Of a DNA stretch of 58,196 nucleotides, positions 1-10,356 are shown piece after piece. The DNA lies in assembly GCA_964473905.1 (NCBI GenBank), contig CAYYQY010000004.1:1-58196 (forward strand), read 5' to 3'. The notes beneath the pieces were generated by a model. That model was not told where the DNA came from. It made no database searches and was given only the letters and a program-made list of their open reading frames with translations. The first letter of the stretch is position 1; each line of letters opens with the position of its first letter. The stretch comes from an uncultured Dehalococcoidales bacterium. Its GTDB lineage: Bacteria; Chloroflexota; Dehalococcoidia; Dehalococcoidales; CAYYQY01. The position numbers and the translations under genes were made by a program.

Positions 1-2934
1 GCCCGTGGACAGGCCTGTATAACCCCAGTGCCAGGGCATGGCTATCTCGTGCACCACCTTACCGTTTATCCGAAACGGCTTGAGGCGCTTGGTAACCAGG
101 GCTACGGCTTCCAAACGGCCGCGCGCCGTAGACACGGCAATTCTGCCTCCGTTAACGATGCTCTTCTCGGCGGCCAGTTCTTCACTCAGCTCCACGAACA
201 TTTCCGGCTGTAGCTCAACCAGTAAAGGCAGGTTACGGGTCATTTGCCCCGCCTGCCAGTGCTCAACCACCCGCACCGTGGTAGCCACAATGGGGAACTG
301 CTCCGGGTCGCCCTTAAGGTCCATCTCGGAGTCCCAAATCTTGAAAGCGGGACTACACTGCGTGCCGGACATCATGTTGCGCACCGGGCTTTCCCACGGC
401 TCGTAATGCTCCGGCAGCGGCCCGTCAACACGCCCCATGCCAAAGATACGGGCATAACCTTCCGGCTGCATGATAAACGGGTACTTCGTATTAACCGGGT
501 CAACCGCTATTGGCGGCCAGCCGCCGTCGGGCACATCGCCCACCCACTTGCCGTCCTGCCACCAGATAACCGGGTGCTCTCTGTCCCAGGGAATACCATC
601 CAGGTCTACCGAAGCCCGGTTATAGATGATGCGGCGGTTTAACGGCCAGCACCATGCCCACCCGGGATACATCCCGATGTTAAAGGGATCGGGAGTAAGG
701 TCGCGGCGGGCAGCCATGTTGCCTTCCTCGGTGAAGCTGCCGCAGTAAAGCCAGTTACCGGCGGTTGTCGTCCCGTCAGCCTTGAGACTGCCGAAGGAGG
801 ACAGGAGCTTGCCCGTGGTGAGGTCATAACCATTGATTTCTCTGGCTACTACCTCCGGGTCAGCCGGGTCTCCGTAGTTCCAGGTCAGATTAACGATGGC
901 TTCAGCATTGGGCCCACCCTCCGCCGCGTAAAGCTCTTTCAGCTTGAGCATCAAATTGTTGATCATCCACAAATCGGCCTCGGCATCACCGGGTGGATTT
1001 ATCGTTTTATAGCGCCACTGCATCCAGCGTCCGCTGTTGGTAACGCTACCCGCTTTCTCATAGGAGGCCGCTGCCGGCAGCAGGAAAACTTCCGTCTTTA
1101 TATCCGCGGGGTTAACGCCAGGCCGCTTCCAGAAACCGGCCGTCTCGGTCTCCCAGAGGTCAACCGCTACCAGCCAGTCAAGGTTCTCCAGGGCTTTCCG
1201 CTCCATGTTGGAATTGGGCCCGGAGACTGCCGGATTCTGACCCCAGCACATGAGCCCCTGTATCGCCCCGGCATACATGGCTTCAAAGAGGGCCATATAC
1301 GAATACTCGGTATAGGGCTTGGACGTCTTCGGCAGATAATGATAACCGAAGTCGTTTTCAGGGCTTGCCGCGTTACCGTACCACGATTTCAGCAAACTGA
1401 CCATATACTTGGGAGTATTCTGCCACCAGTTGGCGCTGTTAGGATCAGCCGAAGTGGGAGTAACCCGGCTGAGCAGCTTCTCCAGGGTCTCGTCTTTATT
1501 CGTCGGCTGCTGGAGATAACCGGGCAGGATATGCGCCAGCAGACAGTGGTCCGTTGAACCCTGAACGTTGGACTCCCCTCTTAGCGCGTTGATACCGCCG
1601 CCGGAGATACCGATATTACCCAGTAAGAGCTGCAGTATGGCATAGCTCCTGATATTCTGTACGCCATGCGTTGACTGCGTGGCCCCCATAGCATACATCA
1701 GGCTACCGGACTTGCCGGGCTTGCCCGTAGCTGAAAATGTCCGGCATATCTCAAGAAACGTATCCGGCTTTACCCCCGTAATCTTGGATACGATATCCAC
1801 GCCATAGCGGGCAAAATGCTTTTTCAGGATTTGAAATACGCAGTTGGGGTCTTTAAGAGTTTTATCTTTTAATGGGACGTTGTTTGCGTCTACCTGGTAC
1901 TGCCAGGTGGACTTATCATAGCTCCGGTCACCAGGATTATAGCCGGAGAAAAGACCGTCCAGGTCTGCCGGCCCCTTGAAATCGGGGTTAATCAGGAAAG
2001 AGGCATTGGTATACTCCCTGACATAGACCATATTATAGTTGCCGGGGTTACGCTCTATATCTTCAAGCACATATTTTATCATGCCCCCGGTAAAAGCTAT
2101 ATCGGTGCCCGACCTTATCGCGGCATAGATGTCAGCCTTGGCTGATGTTCGGGTAAAACGCGGGTCAACGCTTATCAGCTTGGCCCCCTTGGCCTTGGCC
2201 TCCATTATCCAGCCGAAAGAGGCCGGATGGTTCTCCGCCGGATTGCTGGCAATGGCCAGAACACAATCAGTGTTACCCACATCTATCCAGTGGTTGGTCA
2301 TTGCTCCCCGGCCGAACGTTTCCGCCAAACTGGCGACAGTGGAGGAATGTCATATACGAGCCTGGTGTTCAAGGTACACGAGACCCAGGGCACGCATCAT
2401 CTTTACCAGCAGGTGACACTCTTCGTTGTCCAGTGCGGCGCCACCAACCGAAGCCACTCCTTCCGTGCGGTTGACCAGATAGCCCTCGCTATCTCTGGTT
2501 ACCCAACTGGCATCCCGGCTGGTTTTGATACGCCTGGCTATTTGTTCAATAGCCCAGTCCCAGGACTTGGTTTCCCACTCCCGGCCGCCGGGGCGGCGAT
2601 AGAGAACACTGGTCAGACGCCGCGGGTTAATCTTACCGTCTACAGTATGCAGTTGCGCCAGACTCGCTCCCTTGGCACAGGCCCCACCGCGGTTTATCGG
2701 GTGGTCCGGGTCACCTTCGATATTTATGACAGTGTCGCCCTCGGCAGCAACAATAAACCCGCATCCGGTAGCATCATAGGGACATATGGTAGTCTTCTCA
2801 CCGATGCGCTTGAGCAAAGGCACCGGTACAGGCGAATCCGCGAGATACTGTTGCGTACCCAAACCCTTAAAGATAAGGGTACCACCAAGCCCCGCCCCCA
2901 CTGCCTTGAGGAAATCCCGTCGACTTAGTTCCAT
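1..2934 (-). CDS. fdhA: Formate dehydrogenase alpha subunit (Mo/W-bisPGD, selenocysteine-containing, Tat substrate); 3' end runs off the window
   Basis: N-terminal SRRDFLK twin-arginine motif and CPYDATGC..C Fe-S motif. In-frame TGA at 2350-2352 sits in the context RI-U-HSSTVASLAETFGRGAMTNHWID. The same frame reads LKADGTTTAGNWLYCGS near 750-790 and MPWHWG near 22-39. Confidence 0.95.
2317..2349 (-). promoter_or_regulatory. Bacterial SECIS element
   Basis: Hairpin GU-CGCC-AGUUU-GGCG-(GAA)-AC begins 13 nt after the UGA. The G-containing apical loop is about 19-23 nt downstream, as in fdnG/fdhF-type SECIS elements. Confidence 0.8.
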
Positions 2935-3393
2935 CTTACTACTACCCGACTATTTTATTTATCAGCCAGCCTCTATGGACCTGTGTAAAACACCTATTGA
3001 GAAAATCTCACCCGGAGATAAGGCAAGCAAGAGACAGCATATTATACGATGGACATCGACTCCAGTCTTAAAACTCCCTGATTCTAACATGTCTGCTTAC
3101 CCAGAGTCAATCTTAAATTACGGGTTTGTATTGACCATAAACCGGACGCGTTTTACCAGGGCGCTATGTCAAATGGCTGTGCCACTACCATGTTCTTAAA
3201 TCATAAAAACAGGAGGCCTTCTCAAAGAAGAACCCCACAAAAAGTACGCCTCTTAAATAGCCATCAATCTCCGGTTTGTAATATACTATAAGCGGCATAC
3301 ACTGTACTTTGATACGGTATTACCCCATATATATTAAAGTCACCCTGACCCATTTTGACCAAACAGAAACAGCCATTGCTAACGGAGGTATAA

Positions 3394-4005
3394 ATGACCA
3401 CTGACATACTCCTGGTGCGTCATGGACAAACCGAATCAAACATCACCGGCTACTACATGGGCTGGTCGGAGGAAGACCTTGATGATACGGGTCTGGCGCA
3501 GGTGCGCAGTCTATCTGCCCGCCTGTCCCGCCTGCCGATAGCGGCAATATACACGAGTCCCCTGCGCAGAACATACACCACGGCTACTATTATTGCCGAA
3601 CCACATAGACTCCCGCTAATAGTGATGGATGATTTAATTGAAATAAAGCTGGGGGACTGGCAGGGGCTGCATATGAATGAAATAAAACGGGAGTGGCCGG
3701 AACTCTGGCGGCAATCCAGAGTTGACCCCTCGGTAGTTACCATGCCCAACGGCGAAAGTTTCTCTCAGGTAGGCGAGCGAGCCGTTCGTGCCTTCAACGC
3801 AGCGGCCGCCGCTAACGAGGGTAAACAGGTAGTAATTGTAACCCATGATGCCGTTGTCCGGATGATAGCCGCCCACGTTATCGGAGCACCGAGCAGTATT
3901 TACCGCAAGATTGAAATAGCTAACGCCTCCCTGAGCATATTACGGATTAACAACGCTAACGCCCGGCTCATCACGCTAAACGACACGGCGCACCTTGCCT
4001 GTTAG
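3394..4005 (+). CDS. Histidine phosphatase family protein (phosphoglycerate mutase/CobC-like)
   Basis: LLVRHGQT (RHG) motif, SPLRR, GDWQG, GES and VTHDAVVR; GGAGG RBS upstream. Confidence 0.9.
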   Translation: MTTDILLVRHGQTESNITGYYMGWSEEDLDDTGLAQVRSLSARLSRLPIAAIYTSPLRRTYTTATIIAEPHRLPLIVMDDLIEIKLGDWQGLHMNEIKREWPELWRQSRVDPSVVTMPNGESFSQVGERAVRAFNAAAAANEGKQVVIVTHDAVVRMIAAHVIGAPSSIYRKIEIANASLSILRINNANARLITLNDTAHLAC

Positions 4006-4097
4006 TTACAAGAACGATGTATAAGCGTCTATTGGCTACTGTCTGTTAACAGATCCCAATTACATCCTTCATACTCATTGCCACCCATGAAACAGGA

Positions 4098-4137
4098 AAG
4101 AGGGGGCGCACCTGGAAACGAATGCGCCCCCTCTCTT
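4098..4137. terminator. Intrinsic terminator between convergent phosphatase and acs genes
   Basis: GAGGGGGCGCA / TGCGCCCCCTC 11-bp stem with a U-rich tail on the minus strand. Confidence 0.75.
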
Positions 4138-4171
4138 CAGGAAAGGGGGAGTAGACACGCCTATTTAGTCT

Positions 4172-6139
4172 CTACTGCCTCTCACTAACCAGAGCACCAA
4201 CTACCGAAGGATCGGACAGCGTGCTGGTATCACCCAGTTCGTTTACATCACCGGAGGCAATCTTGGTAAGTATACGCCTCATTATTTTACCGCTTCTGGT
4301 CTTGGGTAGACCGTCGGCAAACTGAATCTTGTCCGGTGTGGCTATCGGGCCAATCTGTTTGCGGACGTGAGCAATAAGTTCCTTTTTTAATTCCTCGGTC
4401 TTTTCTACGCCGGCATTCAGGGTCACGAAGGCATATATGCCCTGACCTTTCAAATCGTGCGGCATACCGACCACGGCCGCCTCCGCTACCAGGTCATGGG
4501 CTACCAGAGCACTCTCAACCTCGGCAGTACCGATACGATGTCCGGATACATTGATGACGTCGTCAATACGACCCATCAACCAGTAGTAACCGTCTTCGTC
4601 AATCCTGGCACCGTCTCCGGTAGTATAGCAGCCGGGGAATTTAAGGAAGTATGTTTCTTTAAATCGCTCCGGTTCTCCGTAAACTCGCCGCATCAGGCCC
4701 GGCCATGGTTTGGTAATAACCAGATAACCGCCCTCGTTTACCTCTGTCTTGGAGCCATCTTCCCGGAGTATGGAAAGGGCCACGCCGGGGAAAGGTACCG
4801 TGGCCGAACCCGGCTTAATTGGGGTAGCTCCCGGCAGCGGTGAGACCAAGGCACCGCCTGTCTCTGTCTGCCACCAGGTATCTACAATGGGGCAATTGCT
4901 TTTACCAATTACCTCGTAATACCACATCCAGGCTTCGGGATTAATAGGTTCACCCACCGTGCCCAGAATACGCAGGCTGCTTAAATCATGCTTGTTAACC
5001 CAGTCATCACCTTCCCTCATCAATGTCCGTAAAACGGTAGGCGCCGAGTAGAAAACACTTACCTGATACTTTTCCACCATCTGCCAGAATCTATCGGGAT
5101 TGGGATAAGTGGGAACGCCCTCAAACATCATGGCAGTAGTGCCCAAAGACAGAGGACCATATACGATGTAGGTATGGCCGGTTACCCAGCCGATATCCGC
5201 TGTGCACCAGAAAGAGTCCTCTTCCTTGATATCAAAAACCCATTTTAGGGTCTGGTAGGCATACAGCAAATAACCGGCCTGAGTATGAAGAACGCCTTTA
5301 GGTTTGCCGGTACTGCCGCTCGTATAAAGTATAAACAGGGGGTCTTCGGAATCCATTACTTCGGGTTCACAGTAGGACTTAATGTCACCGGCACTCATCT
5401 CCTCGTGCCACCAGTGCTCACGTCCCTCCTTCAAGACTACTTCAGCCCCTGCCCTCTTAACTACGATAACATCTTTGACATCGGGACAGCTTTCGAGTGC
5501 CTTGTCCGCATTGTCCTTGCTCTTGATAACTCTACCGCTACGATAGTAGCCATCGGTGCAAACAAGGAACGTGGAACCGCAGTCCAAAATTCTATCCCGC
5601 AGCGCTTCGGCGCTGAAACCGCCAAAAACAACGCTATGAATGGCACCAATCCGAGCGCAGGCCAGCATAGCAATCGGCAATTCAACAATCATAGGTAGAT
5701 ATATGGTTACCCGGTCACCCTTTTTAACGCCATGCTTCTTCATTACGTTGGCAAACTTGCATACCTCGTAGTAAAGTTGCTGATAGGTAAGGGTCCTGAC
5801 ATCACCGATATCTCCCTCCCATATCAGCGCTGCTTTATTCTTACGCCATGTTTTCAAATGTCTGTCTAAACAGTTGTAACTGACATTGAGTTTGCCGCCC
5901 ACAAACCACTCATGTTTGCCCTGGGCGAACTCATCAACGAGCACCTTGTCCCATTTCTTGTACCAGTCCAGCTGCTCTGCCAACTCTCCCCAGAACCCTT
6001 CGGTATCTTCGATAGAACGCTTATAAAGAGCCTTATATTCGTCCATACTCTTGATATAAGCGTTCTTCCGGAGTTCTTCCGGGGGATAGAATATCCGTGT
6101 CTCCTCCATCATAGAACTAATAGCTTTTTTCTCTTCCAT
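4172..6139 (-). CDS. acs: Acetyl-CoA synthetase (AMP-forming)
   Basis: [36 protein letters not shown] and [11 protein letters not shown] motifs; 655 aa. Confidence 0.97.
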   Translation of the reverse strand: MEEKKAISSMMEETRIFYPPEELRKNAYIKSMDEYKALYKRSIEDTEGFWGELAEQLDWYKKWDKVLVDEFAQGKHEWFVGGKLNVSYNCLDRHLKTWRKNKAALIWEGDIGDVRTLTYQQLYYEVCKFANVMKKHGVKKGDRVTIYLPMIVELPIAMLACARIGAIHSVVFGGFSAEALRDRILDCGSTFLVCTDGYYRSGRVIKSKDNADKALESCPDVKDVIVVKRAGAEVVLKEGREHWWHEEMSAGDIKSYCEPEVMDSEDPLFILYTSGSTGKPKGVLHTQAGYLLYAYQTLKWVFDIKEEDSFWCTADIGWVTGHTYIVYGPLSLGTTAMMFEGVPTYPNPDRFWQMVEKYQVSVFYSAPTVLRTLMREGDDWVNKHDLSSLRILGTVGEPINPEAWMWYYEVIGKSNCPIVDTWWQTETGGALVSPLPGATPIKPGSATVPFPGVALSILREDGSKTEVNEGGYLVITKPWPGLMRRVYGEPERFKETYFLKFPGCYTTGDGARIDEDGYYWLMGRIDDVINVSGHRIGTAEVESALVAHDLVAEAAVVGMPHDLKGQGIYAFVTLNAGVEKTEELKKELIAHVRKQIGPIATPDKIQFADGLPKTRSGKIMRRILTKIASGDVNELGDTSTLSDPSVVGALVSERQ

Positions 6140-6256
6140 CTACACTCCTTTCCCATACGGGTAATATTAATAATTATTGGATACCGTAATCAGCGAGGCA
6201 AATTCCAACTGCCTGGCATAGCCAAAAAGCACAGCCTGGCATATCACACTTGTCTT

Positions 6257-6432
6257 CTAACCCGGTGAACCACCCTTGAACAGATTTCACACCCTATGCA
6301 GCACTATCTCAGGACGCACAGGAACGCAACGGGCTAAATCAATGGCCGGATGATGTGGAGTTTACGCCTTCCCTGCAGTAACTGCCAGGAATAAAAACCT
6401 GCCACAGTGACATTCAAGGTAGCCGCAGGCTT
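6257..6432 (+). ncRNA. ssrS: Probable 6S RNA
   Basis: About 175-nt intergenic rod with CCTTGAA (6274-80)/TTCAAGG (6413-19) stem. CCCTTGAACAGATTTCACACC and TAAAAACCTGCCAC...ACATTCA resemble the E. coli 6S segments flanking the central bubble (compared from memory). Ends are approximate and the strand is not fully certain. Confidence 0.6.
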
Positions 6433-6812
6433 TATAAATGGCAGTACACACTTTACAGAAGAAGGCCACTCCCCGAACACTGTTAGTTCAAGCAGCTATA
6501 ATCGTTGGTGATACGCTGTCAAATAAACAATATACATACCCTCTAACCGGAAGGGTAAACATATCAAACCCACCACGACTCGCTCGTCACTCAGGCCGCG
6601 AAAAATATCCGCTCCATGAGAAGCCGATATTGTATATTTGTAAACCTCCGATTAGTCTGATGCGCAAAGCACCGCTCTTTATTATAATATATTGTTTATT
6701 TCGTCCGCAAGCCTTTATTCAGCATTATTGATGGAAACGGATATAATATGGAGATGAATGAAGTCTATACATTCCCAAGTTGAGTTCAAAACCACTGCAT
6801 TTAACCGAATTA

Positions 6813-7049
6813 CTAGTTCGCGCTGGAGCACACGGCTTGCTCCTCCTCCGGCTTAGTATCTTTGAATTCTTCCTGAAATTCAAGGGATCGCTCCAGTAAA
6901 GCCTCGGCTTCAGCTAAAGTCCCGGCACGATTTACCCTCAGTTGCCGACGGCCACCGAAGTAATAATATCCCGCTATAGCCAGCCCAATGGCCGCCGGTA
7001 TACCTATAAAAACTCCAAGTACCAGCAGTATCGCCAATGTCAACTCCAT
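6813..7049 (-). CDS. Small single-pass membrane protein, unknown function
   Basis: Hydrophobic N-terminus followed by a charged tail; GGGAGAG RBS upstream. Confidence 0.7.
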   Translation of the reverse strand: MELTLAILLVLGVFIGIPAAIGLAIAGYYYFGGRRQLRVNRAGTLAEAEALLERSLEFQEEFKDTKPEEEQAVCSSAN

Positions 7050-7071
7050 CTTTACTCTCCCTTCATACTAA

Positions 7072-7188
7072 CTAGTGATACATATTGTGCCGTCTTAACA
7101 TATAGCCAATCACGAAAAGTATGGCTACCGGTAAGCCTAACCTGGTTGTAACAGCAAGCGCCTCAATTAATACCGCATCCAGTATCAT
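7072..7188 (-). CDS. 38-aa membrane peptide (below ORF-track cutoff)
   Basis: MILDAVLIEALAVTTRLGLPVAILFVIGYMLRRHNMYH*, with a GAGG RBS; lies directly upstream of 6813..7049 on the same strand. Confidence 0.6.
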   Translation of the reverse strand: MILDAVLIEALAVTTRLGLPVAILFVIGYMLRRHNMYH

Positions 7189-7457
7189 GACACCTCTGGC
7201 ACACGCACTAACCTTCCAACCATTTAAAACATATCATATCTATAAGTGAAGTATCATCAGCTTTACTGCCTAATCTGGCTACAGTAAAGACCATATATGT
7301 ATTACAAAAGTTAGGTATGACTACCTAGCATATGTAAGTATTTTAGCCTATTTCTACGTATTTCGTTCTAGGCATTTATTCCTATTTTTCCTCAACTCAT
7401 TGCTGTTTTTGTTTGAGACGCCTTTAACCATGCGTAAGTGCCGGTTCAATACATAAA

Positions 7458-7486
7458 TTGACAGTTGGTCATGGTTATGCTATAAT
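7458..7486 (+). promoter_or_regulatory. Sigma70-type promoter of the aro leader/operon
   Basis: Perfect TTGACA-N17-TATAAT. Confidence 0.85.
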
Positions 7487-7500
7487 TATTCCCTAGTAAT

Positions 7501-7560
7501 ATGGAAATGTACAAAAACTCTCAGGGCTATTATTATTACGCGTTTACGTGGCGCATATAG
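7501..7560 (+). CDS. Attenuator leader peptide MEMYKNSQGYYYYAFTWRI
   Basis: 19 codons, 7 of them aromatic (Y x5, F, W), between the promoter and a terminator preceding aroF. Confidence 0.8.
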   Translation: MEMYKNSQGYYYYAFTWRI

Positions 7561-7627
7561 TGCGTCAGGGAGGGTTTTACAAAATAATTATAACGATATA
7601 GATTTCAGCCAAGAATAAGTAATTTAA

Positions 7628-7660
7628 AAAGAACCTCCCCGGCGGGAGGTTCTTTATTAT
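7628..7660 (+). terminator. Attenuator terminator of the aro operon
   Basis: AAAGAACCTCCC-cggc-GGGAGGTTCTTT 12-bp stem with U/A-rich tail; competing antiterminator strand CGTCAGGGAGG at 7563-7573. Confidence 0.8.
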
Positions 7661-7714
7661 TATAGGAAAAAATAAACTCAATCAGCAGCCCTGATAATAA
7701 GGAGGAGCCGTCAG

Positions 7715-8800
7715 ATGATAATAATGCGCAGTGGTGCCACCCAGGAACAGATAAACGAGGTCATTAAAGAGATAAAAAGGTGCCGGTTGAATGCGGACGT
7801 AAGTCACGGTAAGTATAAGAGCGTTATTGGTGTAGTGGGTAACGAGAACAAGCTGGACCTGGCCCGCCTCACTACCCTGCCCGGCGTCAGGGAAGTAGTG
7901 AGAATTGACACGCCCTACAAACTGGTGAGCAGAGAGTACGGCAGATACTCCGAGGTAGGCCGCAACCGGATAATCAAAGTAAATGACATCAAGATAGGCG
8001 GTAACGAGCCGGTATTTATCGCCGGGCCCTGTGCCATAGAAAGCAAGGAACAGCTATTTAAAACCGCGGAAGGAGTTAAAAAAGCCGGAGCGCACATTCT
8101 AAGAGGGGGAATCTTTAAACCCAGAAGCTCAGTCCACTCTTTCCAGGGACTGGGAGCCGCCGGCCAGAACGAAGCACGGGAAGCCCTGGGCTGGCTACGG
8201 GAAGCCGGCGAAAAATTTGAGATGCCGGTGGTAACCGAGGTCAGAGGCGAATCACAGGTTGAACTTATCGCCGAGTATGTTAATATAATCCAGATAGGTG
8301 CCAGAAATATGTACGACCAGGACCTGCTGACCAGCGTGGCCAGAACCGGTAAACCCATCCTCTTCAAGAGGCATTTCGGGGCCGGTATTGAAGAGTTTTT
8401 ATCATTTGCCGAATATATCGCCGCCGAGGGCAACCGGGATATAATTCTCTGTGAGCGGGGGATTATACCCATAGGCAAGGGGAAGAGTTACACACGATAC
8501 ACTCTGGACCTGGCCGCCGTACCGGCCATGCAGCAGGAGACCTATCTACCGGTAATGGTAGACCCCAGTCATGGCACCGGGCGTAGAGACCTTATATTCA
8601 GCATGAGCTGTGCCGCTATTGCTGCCGGTGCCAACGGGCTGATGATAGAGACCCACCATAACCCGTCGGAGGCACTGGTTGATGCGCAACAGATGATAAC
8701 CCCCGATGAGCTTAAAGAAGTGATCACCGCCTGCCGGAAAATCAATAAACAGCTGCGTAGAAAGTTACCAGCGGGACTGGCGCTAGAGAATAATAAATGA
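7715..8800 (+). CDS. aroF: DAHP synthase, type I-beta with N-terminal regulatory domain
   Basis: IAGPCAIES, RGGIFKPRSS, QIGARNM, ILCERG and VDPSHGTG motifs. Confidence 0.95.
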   Translation: MIIMRSGATQEQINEVIKEIKRCRLNADVSHGKYKSVIGVVGNENKLDLARLTTLPGVREVVRIDTPYKLVSREYGRYSEVGRNRIIKVNDIKIGGNEPVFIAGPCAIESKEQLFKTAEGVKKAGAHILRGGIFKPRSSVHSFQGLGAAGQNEAREALGWLREAGEKFEMPVVTEVRGESQVELIAEYVNIIQIGARNMYDQDLLTSVARTGKPILFKRHFGAGIEEFLSFAEYIAAEGNRDIILCERGIIPIGKGKSYTRYTLDLAAVPAMQQETYLPVMVDPSHGTGRRDLIFSMSCAAIAAGANGLMIETHHNPSEALVDAQQMITPDELKEVITACRKINKQLRRKLPAGLALENNK

Positions 8801-8827
8801 TATAAATCAGAGTCAACAGTAATTATA

Positions 8828-9916
8828 ATGATGTATCAGCGTATAGCGGTTGAGTTCAAAACAGAAATGGCCCTGCCGGTAGTTATCGGGGCCGGTATCA
8901 TCGATGACATACCGGACCTGGTGGACTTCAGTGCCTATTCAGCCATCGTCCTCCTGACCGACACGACTGTGGGCAAGCTTTACGGAGAGCGGGTTATCCG
9001 GTCTTTAAATAAAATCGGTAAAAAAATCGTCACCCTCACCTTTCCCCCTGGTGAGCGCACCAAATCCGCGGGACCGGTCGCACGCGCCTACCGTTTCCTG
9101 ATGGATAGCGCTATAGACCGTGACGCCCTGCTCGTCGTGCTGGGCGGCGGTGTGGTTGGTGATTTGGGCGGCTATATAGCGTCTACCTACCTTCGCGGCG
9201 TGGACTATATACAGATACCGACAACCCTCCTCGCCCAGGTAGACAGCAGCATCGGCGGCAAGGTAGGCATAAATTTCGGCGGTAAGAAAAACATGGTGGG
9301 CAGCTTTTACCAGCCCGTAGCCATAATTTCGGATGTAAGTTGCCTTAAGTCGCTACCGGCCAGAGAAATGCGTAACGGTATGGCCGAAGTGATAAAATAC
9401 GGGCTGGCTATAGATAAAGAGCTATTTAATAAACTCGGTAACAGAAAGAGCAGGGGATTTACCCGAAACGAACTGATAGACATCGTTACCCGCTGTGCCG
9501 GTCTCAAGGCGAGAGTGGTTGAGGCAGATGAAACCGACCGTAGCGGCAAACGGTCAATCCTTAACTTCGGGCACACGGCAGGACACGCTGTAGAAGCAGC
9601 TGCCGCCCTGAGGAGAATACGCCACGGAGAGGCGGTAGCTATCGGTATGGTGGTGGCGAGCCGGATAAGCAATAAGCTCAATATGCTTGAGGCTGACAGC
9701 ATTAAGGAAATAGAGAGTGTCCTTGAGCACTACGGTCTCCCTGCCCGCTGCCCCGGAACGCCATTTACCGAGATAACCAAGGCCCTGGAGTTTGATAAGA
9801 AAATAACTCACGGTCAGCTAAAATGGGTGCTGCTGGATAGTATTGGCAATGGTGTGGTAAATTGCACCGTTGATAAAGACACGGTTATAGAAGTTCTCGG
9901 CGAGGTGTGCCCATGA
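8828..9916 (+). CDS. aroB: 3-dehydroquinate synthase
   Basis: GGGVVGDLGGY, PTTLLAQVDSSIGGKVG and LNFGHTAGHA motifs. Confidence 0.96.
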   Translation: MMYQRIAVEFKTEMALPVVIGAGIIDDIPDLVDFSAYSAIVLLTDTTVGKLYGERVIRSLNKIGKKIVTLTFPPGERTKSAGPVARAYRFLMDSAIDRDALLVVLGGGVVGDLGGYIASTYLRGVDYIQIPTTLLAQVDSSIGGKVGINFGGKKNMVGSFYQPVAIISDVSCLKSLPAREMRNGMAEVIKYGLAIDKELFNKLGNRKSRGFTRNELIDIVTRCAGLKARVVEADETDRSGKRSILNFGHTAGHAVEAAAALRRIRHGEAVAIGMVVASRISNKLNMLEADSIKEIESVLEHYGLPARCPGTPFTEITKALEFDKKITHGQLKWVLLDSIGNGVVNCTVDKDTVIEVLGEVCP

Positions 9917-10356
9917 AAATTCTGGTTATTAACGGTCCCAACTTGAATATGCTGGGTAAGAGAGAGACGAAGCACTACGGAGAGCAGACCCTGAAATCAA
10001 TAGAGACGGCTCTGGTAGAGAAGGCGGAGGCACTGGGTTACGCGCTGGGCTTCTTCCAGTCAAACAGCGAGGGAAGCCTCATAGATTTTATTCAGGCAGA
10101 GGCTGAGACGGCATCCGGCATTATTATTAACCCCGGGGCCCTCGCCCATTATGGCTACTCACTTCACGACGCTCTCCTGGACTGCGGGCTGCCCGTGGTT
10201 GAAGTGCACATGTCCAATATATCTGCCCGGGAAGACTGGCGCCGGCAGTCGGTCATTGCCGACGTGACTATCGGACAGATTAGCGGATTTAAAGCGGAAA
10301 GCTACAGCCTGGCCCTTTTAGCCCTGGTAGACTATATCCGGAGCCAGCCCCGGTGA
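9913..10356 (+). CDS. aroQ: Type II 3-dehydroquinate dehydratase
   Basis: INGPNLNMLGKRE..YG, QSNSEG, INPGA and EVHMSN; ATGA overlap with aroB. Confidence 0.96.
   Translation: MKILVINGPNLNMLGKRETKHYGEQTLKSIETALVEKAEALGYALGFFQSNSEGSLIDFIQAEAETASGIIINPGALAHYGYSLHDALLDCGLPVVEVHMSNISAREDWRRQSVIADVTIGQISGFKAESYSLALLALVDYIRSQPR

Noticed and set aside
2350-2934. 194-aa FDH fragment as a truncated gene or pseudogene
   Set aside because: The stop is a UGA at the Sec position with a SECIS hairpin, and FDH motifs continue in the same frame at every point checked down to the window edge.
7490-7714. T-box riboswitch upstream of aroF (also considered for 49540-49770)
   Set aside because: No T-box consensus (UGGNACC) or stem I motifs seen; leader-peptide attenuation explains the structure.
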